A stretch of DNA of 64,000 nt. Source: Candidatus Omnitrophota bacterium. Lineage in GTDB: Bacteria > Omnitrophota > Gorgyraeia > Zapsychrales > JANLHA01. The stretch covers positions 578-64,577 of the forward strand of contig JAHFFT010000009.1 of NCBI GenBank assembly GCA_023247795.1, written 5' to 3'. Shown in pieces: positions 17,553 to 27,160 of this stretch. Numbering within the stretch: the stretch's first letter is position 1; each line of letters starts with the position of its first letter. The translations under genes and the position numbers were made by a program. The notes beneath the pieces were generated by a model that saw only the letters and a list, made by a program, of their open reading frames with translations, was not told the DNA's origin and searched no databases.

Positions 17553-18866
17553 ATGATCGCCCCTAAAGAAACAATTCATTTTATCAAAGATTTTGATTCT
17601 ACGCAAAACCGTCTTCAATCTGAAGATCCATCTTGGATAAAAAACTTGCGTAAAGTCAGTCTTAACCGTTTTCTAGAATGCGGAATTCCAACCAGCAAAG
17701 ATGAGGAGTGGAAATATACCAATGTGAGTGTTCTGAATGATCTCACATTGGCGATTGCCCATTCCGGCTCAATTCTGGAAAACAATCAACTGCAGAAATT
17801 CTTAGGGCCGGAAATCAATCTTGTCTTTGTTAATGGAAAATTCGTGAAAGAACTTTCCTATGCGGGGATCCCCGCAAAAGGACTGACCATCCGCTCCTGG
17901 CAGCAGGCCATCGAAAACGATGAAAAAATCATTGAGCAGCTGCTAAAAAAATATGACCTGCAAGCGCAGAAGCCCTTTGTGGCACTCAATCAAAGCCTTG
18001 CTCAAGAAGGCATATTTGTCGATGTGGCAGCGAACACGGCGATTCCATCACTGATCCATGTGGTGCATATCACCAGCTCCCAGGCTGGTGCCCTCTTTAC
18101 AACACCGCGATGCTTTATTCATCTGGGAAAATCAAGCGAGGCATCAATTGTCGAAACACACCTTTGTTTTAATAAGGACTTAAGTTATTTTTCAAATCCA
18201 TTAACCGATGTTTATCTTGATGAGAACGCGATCCTCCATTACAGTAAGGCCCAGAGTGAAAGTTTGAAGGCCTACCACATCGGGACCACCCGAGTCTGGC
18301 AGGAACGCAATTCCAGCTATTATGGATTTTCACTAAGCGTTGGGGCGGCCTTAACCCGCCATGATCTTGACATCATCCTCAATGGAGAAGGATGCCAATC
18401 AACCCTTAACGGCCTTTACGCCGTTGATAAGGCCCAGCACGTGGACAATCATACTTCCGTCGACCATCGCTTCCCCAATTGCACCAGCAACCAACTGTAT
18501 AAAGGGATTTTGAACGGCGCTGCCCGGGCAGTATTCAACGGAAAAATTTTTGTGCGACCGATTGCGCAATTGACCAATTCTTATCAACTCAATAAAAATC
18601 TGGTCCTTGGTCACAATTGCCGAGTTGATACCAAGCCGCAGCTTGAGATCTTTGCCGACGATGTCAAATGCACGCATGGGGCTACCATCGGGCAACTCAA
18701 CGAAGATGAACTTTTTTACTTGCAGACCCGCGCTATCCCTAAAAAACGGGCCGTCATCATGTTATCCCATGGTTTCGTTGATGACATCATCAATAAAGTT
18801 CAAAATCCTGCTGTCCAAAAAATATTTAACTCGTTGTTGGTTCCGGTTTTCCAGGCCTTAGAGTAA
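17553..18866 (+). CDS. sufD: Fe-S cluster assembly protein SufD
   Basis: SufB/D-family C-terminal domain between sufC and sufS. ATG at 17553 is preferred over the TTG-extended ORF 17535. Confidence 0.8.
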   Translation: MIAPKETIHFIKDFDSTQNRLQSEDPSWIKNLRKVSLNRFLECGIPTSKDEEWKYTNVSVLNDLTLAIAHSGSILENNQLQKFLGPEINLVFVNGKFVKELSYAGIPAKGLTIRSWQQAIENDEKIIEQLLKKYDLQAQKPFVALNQSLAQEGIFVDVAANTAIPSLIHVVHITSSQAGALFTTPRCFIHLGKSSEASIVETHLCFNKDLSYFSNPLTDVYLDENAILHYSKAQSESLKAYHIGTTRVWQERNSSYYGFSLSVGAALTRHDLDIILNGEGCQSTLNGLYAVDKAQHVDNHTSVDHRFPNCTSNQLYKGILNGAARAVFNGKIFVRPIAQLTNSYQLNKNLVLGHNCRVDTKPQLEIFADDVKCTHGATIGQLNEDELFYLQTRAIPKKRAVIMLSHGFVDDIINKVQNPAVQKIFNSLLVPVFQALE

Positions 18867-18878
18867 TCCCAAAAAGAG

Positions 18879-20105
18879 GTGTCTATGCCTTTCGATATTC
18901 AGAAAATCAGAAAGGATTTTCCGAATTTAGCGGTTAACGTCAAGGGCCAGCCCATTACCTATTTGGACAACGCGGCAACCACCTTCAAACCCAAAAGCGT
19001 CATTAAGGCCGTTCACGAGTATTACACCACGGGCACGGCGAACGTTCATCGTGGTTTGCATGAACTGAGTGAGAAGGCAACCGCCCAATTCGAGGCGACC
19101 CGCGAGACGATCAAAACGTTTATCAATGCCCAAAAAATTTCCGAAATCATTCTGACCAAAGGTACCACCGAAGGTATCAATTTGGTCATGAATAGCTTTG
19201 GACGAGCGTTCCTTAAAAAAGGAGATGAAATCCTTGTTTCCGAAATGGAACATCATTCCAACATTGTTCCCTGGCAGATGTTATGCGAAGAAAAGGGCTG
19301 CTATTTGAAAGTCATCCCCATCAATGACAACGGCGATTTGGACATCGAACAATTCCATAAACTTCTAAACAAAAGAATAAAACTGATCAGCGTTGTTTAT
19401 GTCTCTAATTCCCTGGGCACTGTGAATCCGATTCAGACGATCATTCAAGAAGCGCGTCGTTTTAAAATCCCCGTTTTGATCGACGGGGCGCAAGCCGTCA
19501 GCCATTTTCCGATTGATGTGCAAGCCTTGGACTGTGATTTTTTTGTCTTCTCCGGACATAAGCTCTTTGGTCCGACCGGGGTTGGGGTTCTCTACGGCAA
19601 GGAGGAACTGCTCAATAAAATGCCTCCCTATCAAGGTGGAGGAGACATGATTGAAAGGGTCTCATTTGAGAAGACCACCTACAATATCCTCCCGCATAAA
19701 TTTGAAGCAGGAACGCCCAATATCGCCAGTGTCATTGGCTTGAAACCAGCCATGGAGTATCTGCAATCCATCGGATTTGCTGATATCATGGCCCATGAAG
19801 AAAAACTTTTAGCTTATGGAACACAGGTGTTAAAAAAAATAAAAGGCTTACGCATCATCGGCAACGCCCGTAAAAAGGTTCCTGTTTTTTCTTTTGATCT
19901 GAAAGGGATTCATGCCCAAGACATCGGGACATTGGTGAATGAAGAAGGGGTAGCGATCCGCACTGGCCATCATTGCACGATGCCGGTCATGCAGCACTTT
20001 GGCTTAAAGGCGACTTCCCGAGCGGCGCTGGCATTTTACAATACCAAAGAGGACATCGATCATTTGATCCATGCCCTTGGATCCGTAAAGAAAATCTTTG
20101 CCTAA
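18879..20105 (+). CDS. sufS: Cysteine desulfurase SufS (class V aminotransferase)
   Basis: SGHKLFGPTGVGVL PLP-lysine region and the C-terminal active-site Cys loop region. Confidence 0.85.
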   Translation: MSMPFDIQKIRKDFPNLAVNVKGQPITYLDNAATTFKPKSVIKAVHEYYTTGTANVHRGLHELSEKATAQFEATRETIKTFINAQKISEIILTKGTTEGINLVMNSFGRAFLKKGDEILVSEMEHHSNIVPWQMLCEEKGCYLKVIPINDNGDLDIEQFHKLLNKRIKLISVVYVSNSLGTVNPIQTIIQEARRFKIPVLIDGAQAVSHFPIDVQALDCDFFVFSGHKLFGPTGVGVLYGKEELLNKMPPYQGGGDMIERVSFEKTTYNILPHKFEAGTPNIASVIGLKPAMEYLQSIGFADIMAHEEKLLAYGTQVLKKIKGLRIIGNARKKVPVFSFDLKGIHAQDIGTLVNEEGVAIRTGHHCTMPVMQHFGLKATSRAALAFYNTKEDIDHLIHALGSVKKIFA

Positions 20106-20110
20106 CCTTT

Positions 20111-20145
20111 CTCACCTCGCAGGTGCACCTGCGAGGTGAGAATTC
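20111..20145. repeat. Perfect 30-bp palindrome ctcacctcgcaggtg|cacctgcgaggtgag between sufS and moaA. Its 18-nt half acctgcgaggtgagaatt recurs at 41891-41908.
   Basis: Read directly. It has hairpin or terminator potential but no U-tract. The second copy lies just upstream of argD. Confidence 0.8.
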
Positions 20146-20155
20146 TGAGAATGAA

Positions 20156-21175
20156 ATGAACGTATTAACCGACCAACTAAACCGCCCTTTAAAAGATTTG
20201 CGAATCTCGGTGATTGACCGCTGCAATTTCCGCTGTCCTTACTGCATGCCGCAAGCGCAATATCATCAGCACTATGAATTCCTTAAAAATGAAGACTGGC
20301 TGCGTTTTGATGAAATCATTCGTTTAACAAAAATATTCACAACTCTGGGAGTTCATAAAGTGCGGCTCACCGGTGGCGAACCTTTACTGCGTCCGCAATT
20401 GCCCGAATTGATTCAAAAACTTGCACAAATCCAAAACATCGATGACTTAGCACTCACCACCAATGGTTCGCTGTTGGAAACTTACGCAAAAGAACTTAAA
20501 ACGGCCGGCTTACAGCGTCTCACAATCAGCCTTGATGCCTTGAATGAAACAACTTTTTTAGCGATGAGCGGTCAAAAGGGAAGCGCTCAACAAGTCTTGC
20601 GTGGGATTGAAAAAGCGCAGGAGATTGGTTTTGCTGATATCAAAATCAACATCGTGATCAAACGCGGGGTCAATGACCAACACTTCATGGACATTATCAA
20701 ATATTTTCGCGGCACCGGGATCATTGTCCGATTTATCGAATATATGGACGTAGGGACTTGCAACCATTGGGAGCAAAGCCAAGTCGTTGCTAACAAAGAA
20801 ATCCATACGGCTATCCATCAACAATTCCCGTTGCAGGCATTGGAAGCGAATTATTTCGGGGAAGTGGCTAAAAGGTATGCCTTCGCCGATGGGAGAGGCG
20901 AAATCGGTTTCATTTCCTCGGTGTCGCAACCCTTTTGTTCGGACTGTACGCGGTTACGACTATCCACCGATGGAAAAATTTACACTTGCCTCTTTGCGAG
21001 TGAAGGTGTTGATTTACGAACCCCCTTGCGGGAAGGGGCCGCCGACGAGGAATTATTGCAGATCATTAAAAACTGCTGGCAAAAGCGCAGCGATCAATAT
21101 TCCGAAAACCGCAGTCTTTTGCGATCGTTAAAGTCGCCAAGACAAAAAATCGAAATGTACAAAATAGGCGGTTAA
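20156..21175 (+). CDS. moaA: GTP 3',8-cyclase MoaA (radical SAM)
   Basis: CNFRCPYCMP radical-SAM motif and the C-terminal MoaA Cys cluster. Real start is the ATG at 20156 (MNVLTDQ); ORF 19973 is an over-extension that overlaps sufS. Confidence 0.85.
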   Translation: MNVLTDQLNRPLKDLRISVIDRCNFRCPYCMPQAQYHQHYEFLKNEDWLRFDEIIRLTKIFTTLGVHKVRLTGGEPLLRPQLPELIQKLAQIQNIDDLALTTNGSLLETYAKELKTAGLQRLTISLDALNETTFLAMSGQKGSAQQVLRGIEKAQEIGFADIKINIVIKRGVNDQHFMDIIKYFRGTGIIVRFIEYMDVGTCNHWEQSQVVANKEIHTAIHQQFPLQALEANYFGEVAKRYAFADGRGEIGFISSVSQPFCSDCTRLRLSTDGKIYTCLFASEGVDLRTPLREGAADEELLQIIKNCWQKRSDQYSENRSLLRSLKSPRQKIEMYKIGG

Positions 21176-22149
21176 AACGATAAGGGGACGTCTTTCAACT
21201 CCTCCCGCTCAATAGCAAAATTTCCGATAAATCTGACCTCCCGTACCAAATCAAAACCAAAATTCTTTTTGACCAATACCTGCATTTTCCAAGTCAAATC
21301 AAAGACGTTTTGCGCTGTGCATTTTTGCTTCTTGACGATGATGTTCGCGTGTTTGCGATAAATCGCGGCCCCGCCGCAACGCAGTTTCTTTCCACCAACC
21401 TGTTCCAAAAACCATCCGGCAGCCTGTCGCCTTTGCGCCTTCGACGTCGGTTCGATATTTCGAAAAATGCTTCCAGCGCAAGGTTCCTGCCTGAGATCCG
21501 GATGTTTTGAATGCCGCAACTCTAAAAATTCTCGTCGCTCTTGAAGTAATTGAGTTGAGTCGCCGCGTTGCAACCCCAAAACAGCTTCGATCACAACGTC
21601 ATTACTTTCCTTCAAATTGGAATGGCGATAAGCAAACCCCAAATCTTTTGGCTCAACCATTTTGATTTTGCCAGATGGGTCCAATAGTTTAACACTGACA
21701 ACGCGATCACCGATCTGTTGGCCAAAAGCACCGGCGTTGCCAACGATAGCGCCTCCGACGGTGCCAGGGATACCGGAGGCGCAATTGATTCCCTCCAAAC
21801 CCTGTGTGGCCGCAAAGACCGCTAAATCATCCAGCGAAGTGCTCGCACTGACTTTGACCTTGTTTCCTGTCCTTTTAATGATGGGTGTTGTTGTCACGTA
21901 ACGGACCACCGCACGGCCGATCCCTTCATCGGAAATGATCAAATTCGAACCCCCGCCCATAAGAAAGAAGGGGAGCTTATGTTTGTGTAAAAAGCGAATG
22001 GTTAAAATCAGCTCTTCGGGTGTTTGGCAGTTGATGAGACACGGACACTTTCCGCCAAGTTTGAATGTTGTCCATTTAGAAAGCGGGCTGTTCCAAAGGA
22101 CCGGAATGTAAAAATTTGAAAAAATTTTGCGATCAATCCATGTTTTCAT
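21172..22149 (-). CDS. murB: UDP-N-acetylenolpyruvoylglucosamine reductase MurB
   Basis: FAD-binding LGGGSNLI region and a MurB-type C-terminal domain. Confidence 0.75.
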   Translation of the reverse strand: MKTWIDRKIFSNFYIPVLWNSPLSKWTTFKLGGKCPCLINCQTPEELILTIRFLHKHKLPFFLMGGGSNLIISDEGIGRAVVRYVTTTPIIKRTGNKVKVSASTSLDDLAVFAATQGLEGINCASGIPGTVGGAIVGNAGAFGQQIGDRVVSVKLLDPSGKIKMVEPKDLGFAYRHSNLKESNDVVIEAVLGLQRGDSTQLLQERREFLELRHSKHPDLRQEPCAGSIFRNIEPTSKAQRRQAAGWFLEQVGGKKLRCGGAAIYRKHANIIVKKQKCTAQNVFDLTWKMQVLVKKNFGFDLVREVRFIGNFAIEREELKDVPLSF

Positions 22150-23693
22150 GTCGAAGAAGAATGTTCAAAATAATATTTGATGGCTGGCACACCGTTGCTG
22201 ATTGAAAAAGCATTCGTGATCCCTTGCTCATGCAACAATTCAACGATATGCAAACTTCGCACGCCGCCGGCACAAAAAATCAAGTATTGTTTTTTGGGAT
22301 CAAAGGCAAACTGCCATTGCTCAAACTCACTCATCGGCAGATGCTGCGTTTTGATCATATTGACCGGTTCCATAAACAATTCTTGTTCTTCTCGGATATC
22401 AATGAACTCATACTGCGACCAATCCTTCAAAGGGATGTTTGACAAATCAACTTCAAGTGACATAACCGGCACCTCACTTTCATAATTTTGCGCCTCGATA
22501 GACGTGATGGTTGGTGTTGCCCCGCACAACGGGCAGGCCACTTGCGGGGATACTGTTAGCGATTGAATCTGATTTGTTTGAAAATTGATCATCAACACTC
22601 GATCCACCAACAAATCATTTGACCCAAGAAAATATTTCAATGCCTCTAAGGCCTGCCAATGACCGACGATGTTGGGAACCACCCCGATCACTCCGGCCTC
22701 AACACAGTTGCCAACACATTCCGGCTGCGGAATTATTTGCCAGAGACAGCGCAAGCACGTTTTACTTTGACCGGGATAATAGGTGTGGATTTCTCCATCC
22801 CATTGATAAATGTTGGCCTGGATCAGGACCTTTTTAGAAAGATATGCCGCGTCGTTCAAAAGATATTTGCTTTTAAAATTGTCAGTGCAGTCAAGAATGC
22901 AGTCGTAATTTTCAATGACCTCATGGATATTGCTTGCGGAAAGGCAAACCGGATGGGAGAGGACCCGAATAAAAGGATTCATTTTTTTAAGCCGGCCAAC
23001 TGCCAATTCAATTTTGGATTTTCCTACATCATTGGCCGAATAAAGGGCCTGGCGATGGAGATTATGGATTTCTAACGTGTCGAATTCGCAAATCCCAATG
23101 GTGCCAACACCGGCCTCGGCCAACGAAGTCAACGCCGCGCACCCCAGACCTCCGGCCCCAACGACCAAGACCCTAGCTTCTTGCAAACGCTTTTGTCCGG
23201 GATCACCGATTTCTTTCAATGCCGTTTGCCTAGAATAATACTGCTCCTTTTCAGGAACTGTTGAAAAAATATCCTTACTTTGAGTTTCACAATTCACCCA
23301 ACCTGAGTCACCATCACTATAAAACTCTTTTTTCCAAATCGGCAAACGAATTTTGATTTCATCAATGAGAAATCGACAGGCCCTAAAAGCCGCGTCACGA
23401 TGCTGCGCGCTCACTGCGATCCACACAGCAATATCACCGACCTGCAAATGACCGGTCCGATGCGCAATAACAATTTTCTGAACTGAAAATTTTTCTTCGG
23501 CTTCATAAATGATCTGCTGAGCTTGGGGCCGGCACAATTCAGGATAGGCATCATACTCTAAGGACTTAACATCTCGGCCGTTGTTAGAGTTGCGAACAAC
23601 GCCCTCGAAAAAGACAAATCCTCCCGCACGATCATCTTTAAATAACTTACGGTAGTCTTGAGGAAGAATGGGTTTTTCGGTGAGTTCAAACAT
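22146..23693 (-). CDS. Tri-domain fusion of MoaE (molybdopterin synthase large subunit), MoeB/ThiF-type adenylyltransferase and a rhodanese domain
   Basis: N-terminus VGDIAVWIAVSAQHRDAAFRACRFLIDEIKIRLPIWKKE is MoaE. Middle VLVVGAGGLGCAALTSLAEAGVG...CxxC is the MoeB E1-like domain. C-terminal CAGGVRS is a rhodanese active-site loop. Confidence 0.75.
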   Translation of the reverse strand: MFELTEKPILPQDYRKLFKDDRAGGFVFFEGVVRNSNNGRDVKSLEYDAYPELCRPQAQQIIYEAEEKFSVQKIVIAHRTGHLQVGDIAVWIAVSAQHRDAAFRACRFLIDEIKIRLPIWKKEFYSDGDSGWVNCETQSKDIFSTVPEKEQYYSRQTALKEIGDPGQKRLQEARVLVVGAGGLGCAALTSLAEAGVGTIGICEFDTLEIHNLHRQALYSANDVGKSKIELAVGRLKKMNPFIRVLSHPVCLSASNIHEVIENYDCILDCTDNFKSKYLLNDAAYLSKKVLIQANIYQWDGEIHTYYPGQSKTCLRCLWQIIPQPECVGNCVEAGVIGVVPNIVGHWQALEALKYFLGSNDLLVDRVLMINFQTNQIQSLTVSPQVACPLCGATPTITSIEAQNYESEVPVMSLEVDLSNIPLKDWSQYEFIDIREEQELFMEPVNMIKTQHLPMSEFEQWQFAFDPKKQYLIFCAGGVRSLHIVELLHEQGITNAFSISNGVPAIKYYFEHSSST

Positions 23694-23709
23694 ATTTTAT
23701 TGAAAAAAT

Positions 23710-23964
23710 TTAAAATGTGATTTTAACAATACCACTTTTGATCGAACATTGGCAACCCAGGCGGTTATTACGGTCCATGCCAAGGTCTTGTTCTTCCTGA
23801 TTCAGTTCGCCAAGATTATCCGCGCCTTCAATGATTTCAATCTGGCAAGTCCCACAAACCCCGGAGTTGCAACTGAAGGGGATGCCGGCCTTTTGACAAA
23901 TGTCATCGATCTGTTTCCCATCCTGCGCGTCGTATTCAATATTGTCGATAATGACTTTTGCCAT
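23710..23964 (-). CDS. [2Fe-2S] ferredoxin (plant/adrenodoxin-type Cys spacing)
   Basis: CNSGVCGTC (C-x4-C-x2-C) plus a downstream Cys. 84 aa, immediately downstream of ispH on the - strand. Confidence 0.6.
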   Translation of the reverse strand: MAKVIIDNIEYDAQDGKQIDDICQKAGIPFSCNSGVCGTCQIEIIEGADNLGELNQEEQDLGMDRNNRLGCQCSIKSGIVKITF

Positions 23965-23975
23965 AATGACCTCTT

Positions 23976-24908
23976 CTAAACCAACGCCTCTAAGCCAGGC
24001 AATTTAAAAATGATGTTCTTCTCTGGATTTTCAAAGGAATGGACTTGAACAACTTCGTTAGTCGCTTTGATCCGTTCAATCAATTCATCGACGATGAAGC
24101 GAGGAACGGAGGCCCCGGAACTGATGCCAATCCGCTTTTTACCGTTAAGGATGGACAAATCCAATTCTTCGGCCCGGTCAATGATATAACTGGGGACACC
24201 TTCATTCGCCCCGGTTTCTCGCAGGCGGTTGCTGTTGGAACTGTTCGGCGAACCGCAAATGATGATCAAATCACACACCCGTGCTAATTCTTTGACCGAA
24301 TCCTGACGATTTTGAGTGGCATAACAAATATCCGAACGCGCCGGACCTTCCAACTTTGGGAATTTCCTTTTCAATTTTGCAATGATCCCTTTGGTCTCAT
24401 CAACTGACAAAGTGGTTTGGGTTAGGTACCCAACGGGTGTCTCGCTAGGGATGTCCAATTGCTCCACATCTTGCTCATTTTCGATGATGTAAAGATACTT
24501 CGGGTTAACGTACCCAGCGGTCCCAATCAATTCCTGATGGCCTTTATGGCCAATGAGAATCGTGGCCCGCTGCTGAAAAGAAAATTTAACAGCTTCCTTA
24601 TGCACCTTGGTGACCAAAGGACAGGTGGCATCAACAAATTTCAGATTTCGCTTTTTAGCACTGTTGATCACCTCGGGAGGAACTCCGTGCGCACTTAAGA
24701 TCACGCGAGCCCCTTCTGGGATATCGTTGATATCATCCACAAAAATAACACCACGGCCGCGAAAGTCACTCACCACAAATGTGTTATGAACAATCTCATG
24801 GTAAACATAAAGGGGCGCGCCAAAACGTTCTAACGCCTGTTCAACCATTTCCACGGCATTGGCAACACCGGCGCAAAAACCTTGCGATCGGGCGAGAAAA
24901 ATTTCCAT
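23976..24908 (-). CDS. ispH: 4-hydroxy-3-methylbut-2-enyl diphosphate reductase IspH/LytB
   Basis: GFCAGV and ATCPLV Cys-containing motifs of IspH. Confidence 0.85.
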   Translation of the reverse strand: MEIFLARSQGFCAGVANAVEMVEQALERFGAPLYVYHEIVHNTFVVSDFRGRGVIFVDDINDIPEGARVILSAHGVPPEVINSAKKRNLKFVDATCPLVTKVHKEAVKFSFQQRATILIGHKGHQELIGTAGYVNPKYLYIIENEQDVEQLDIPSETPVGYLTQTTLSVDETKGIIAKLKRKFPKLEGPARSDICYATQNRQDSVKELARVCDLIIICGSPNSSNSNRLRETGANEGVPSYIIDRAEELDLSILNGKKRIGISSGASVPRFIVDELIERIKATNEVVQVHSFENPEKNIIFKLPGLEALV

Positions 24909-25031
24909 AAATTCAGTCTTTTCGTTAAAATTGTTTGTGTTGCAAGACGAGCAAGAATTCTCTATAATTTGGGGTAATTATAACATGCCGCATACAAAAT
25001 GCAAAGAAAAACAGGCTTAAGAAAGGTAACA

Positions 25032-26258
25032 ATGGACTTGAAAGCTCGTCGTCAAACTCCTGAAGTAAAGGTGGGGAAGGTCCGTATCGGCAACAGTTGT
25101 CCGATCGTGATTCAGTCGATGACCGATACACCCACGTCGGATATCGAGGCCAGTCTAAAACAGACAATCGAACTGATTGAAGCCGGGTCAGAAATGGTAC
25201 GACTCACCGTTAACAACGATGAGGCTGCGGCAGCGATCCCGCACATTCGAAAACGTCTGAAAGATCAAGGCTATCAAACTCCACTGATTGGCGACTTTCA
25301 CTTCAACGGACATACGCTCTTACGCAAACACCCTGATTGCGCCAAGGCATTGGACAAATACCGGATCAACCCAGGGAACGTCGGCAAAGCCAACCGTCAC
25401 GATGAGAATTTCAGCCAGATCATTAAAATCGCCATCGAGCATGATAAACCAGTGCGGATCGGGGTCAACTGGGGGTCACTTGACCAGGAGCTTCTAACGC
25501 ACTTGATGGATGAAAACGCGAAGTTGGCAGTCCCAAATGACTTTAAAGAAGTGACTTATGCGGCGATGATTCAAAGTGCTTTAACAAGCGCTCAACTCGC
25601 CCAAAAACTCGGCATGGAAAAAAATAAAATCATTTTGAGTGTCAAGATGTCGGTGCTGCAGGATATGGTGACTGTTTATTCGCGGCTGGCAGAGCGATGC
25701 GATTATGCCATGCATTTAGGTTTGACCGAGGCCGGGGCTGATATGCAAGGGATATCATCCAGTTCGGCAGCCTTGGGGATTTTGCTGCAGCAGGGAATAG
25801 GAGACACCATCCGAGTATCGTTGACACCACAGCCACAGGTGCCCCGTTCGCGGGAAGTTGAAATCTGCAAAACCATTCTGCAATCGCTGGGACTGCGTTA
25901 CTTCAAGCCAAGTGTGACCAGCTGCCCAGGTTGTGGACGGACCAGCAGCGATTATTTCCAATACCTCGCCCGCGACATCAATGAACACATCTTACGCGAA
26001 ATGCCGAAGTGGAAAAACGAATTTCCTGGTGTTGAGCGTCTGAAAATCGCGGTCATGGGCTGTGTGGTCAATGGCCCTGGAGAAAGCCGGCACGCGGACA
26101 TCGGCATCAGTCTTCCTGGGAGTTTTGAAAAGCCTGTTGCACCCGTCTACGTCGACGGTAAAGAACACTCGACCCTCAAAGGGGAAGGCATTAAAGATGA
26201 GTTCATTGCCCTTTTGGAAAATTACATAAGAACACGATTTTCGATCACAAAACCATAA
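25032..26258 (+). CDS. ispG: 4-hydroxy-3-methylbut-2-en-1-yl diphosphate synthase IspG/GcpE
   Basis: VRIGNSCPIVIQSMT N-terminal TIM-barrel region, C-terminal CPGCGR and GCVVNGPGE Fe-S motifs. ATG at 25032. Confidence 0.85.
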   Translation: MDLKARRQTPEVKVGKVRIGNSCPIVIQSMTDTPTSDIEASLKQTIELIEAGSEMVRLTVNNDEAAAAIPHIRKRLKDQGYQTPLIGDFHFNGHTLLRKHPDCAKALDKYRINPGNVGKANRHDENFSQIIKIAIEHDKPVRIGVNWGSLDQELLTHLMDENAKLAVPNDFKEVTYAAMIQSALTSAQLAQKLGMEKNKIILSVKMSVLQDMVTVYSRLAERCDYAMHLGLTEAGADMQGISSSSAALGILLQQGIGDTIRVSLTPQPQVPRSREVEICKTILQSLGLRYFKPSVTSCPGCGRTSSDYFQYLARDINEHILREMPKWKNEFPGVERLKIAVMGCVVNGPGESRHADIGISLPGSFEKPVAPVYVDGKEHSTLKGEGIKDEFIALLENYIRTRFSITKP

Positions 26259-26662
26259 TGCGCATTTTCATCATCATCATCTTAGTTTTATCACTGACCG
26301 TTTTATTTTCTATCCAATCGCAAAAATCAAAATGCTTACCCGTCGCCGAACAATTGATTCAAATTAAAATCCAAGAATTAAAAAATTTGGGATTCGCAAC
26401 CCTGCTGAGCAAACTCGACACGGGTTATGAATACGATGACAAAACCATTGATAACGTCACTTATGAATTCCGTTATCTGGTTAAACTACCTAATGAAAAT
26501 GAGCTGGATGGACAGGTGAGCAATATCGCGTCAAGAATGGCGAATAAGGATGGAATTATTCATACTATCGAGGTTAGCGGACAGGTGAATTGCATTGAAA
26601 TCCTTCCCTTTGTCGGGCTTAAAACCGGACCAAAATTCAACATTTTGGTGACCGATCAATAA
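26258..26662 (+). CDS. Hypothetical small secreted protein with a signal peptide
   Basis: MRIFIIIILVLSLTVLFSIQSQ hydrophobic N-terminus. The ATG overlaps the ispG stop. Confidence 0.4.
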   Translation: MRIFIIIILVLSLTVLFSIQSQKSKCLPVAEQLIQIKIQELKNLGFATLLSKLDTGYEYDDKTIDNVTYEFRYLVKLPNENELDGQVSNIASRMANKDGIIHTIEVSGQVNCIEILPFVGLKTGPKFNILVTDQ

Positions 26663-26663
26663 T

Positions 26664-27140
26664 TCATAATACTTTAAGAGCTGAAAGGACTTCCTGATTG
26701 TGACCTTGGGGAGTCACTTTCTCAAAAATATTTTTGATCTTTCCGTCTTTACCAATGATAAAAGTCGACCGCGCCACACCCATATATTTGCGGCCGTACA
26801 TGGATTTTTCGACCCAAACCCCATAATCTTGACATATTTTTTTCTGCTCGTCGCTCAATAAAGTGAATGGCAATTGGAATTTGGCAATGAACTTGGTGTG
26901 TTTTTCGGCGGAATCCGGACTGACGCCTAGCACAACCGCATCGATCTTCTCAAATGATTTGATTTCATCACGAAAACCGCAGGCCTCAACCGTACAGCCT
27001 GGGGTGTCATCCTTGGGATAAAAATAAAGAACAACGTTTTTTTGTTTGAAAAAATCTTTAAGCGAAACAATTTTCCCATCTTGGTCTGGGGTCGAAAAAG
27101 ATGGGGCTGGATCACCAATTTTTATTTTCATTTTATCCAT
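26664..27140 (-). CDS. bcp: Thiol peroxidase Bcp/PrxQ (peroxiredoxin)
   Basis: FYPKDDTPGCTVEACGFRD, the canonical Bcp peroxidatic and resolving Cys region. Confidence 0.85.
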   Translation of the reverse strand: MDKMKIKIGDPAPSFSTPDQDGKIVSLKDFFKQKNVVLYFYPKDDTPGCTVEACGFRDEIKSFEKIDAVVLGVSPDSAEKHTKFIAKFQLPFTLLSDEQKKICQDYGVWVEKSMYGRKYMGVARSTFIIGKDGKIKNIFEKVTPQGHNQEVLSALKVL

Positions 27141-27160
27141 TTATTTTTGGGGGATAGTCC

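Noticed and set aside
19973-20155. N-terminal 61-aa extension of the moaA ORF (MHDAGHAALW...)
   Set aside because: It overlaps the sufS 3' end in another frame and crosses the 30-bp palindrome. The MoaA homology starts at the ATG at 20156.
20106-20155. Possible Moco riboswitch upstream of moaA
   Set aside because: The intergenic gap is ~50 nt, far too short for the ~140-nt Moco RNA motif. The palindrome is a different element.
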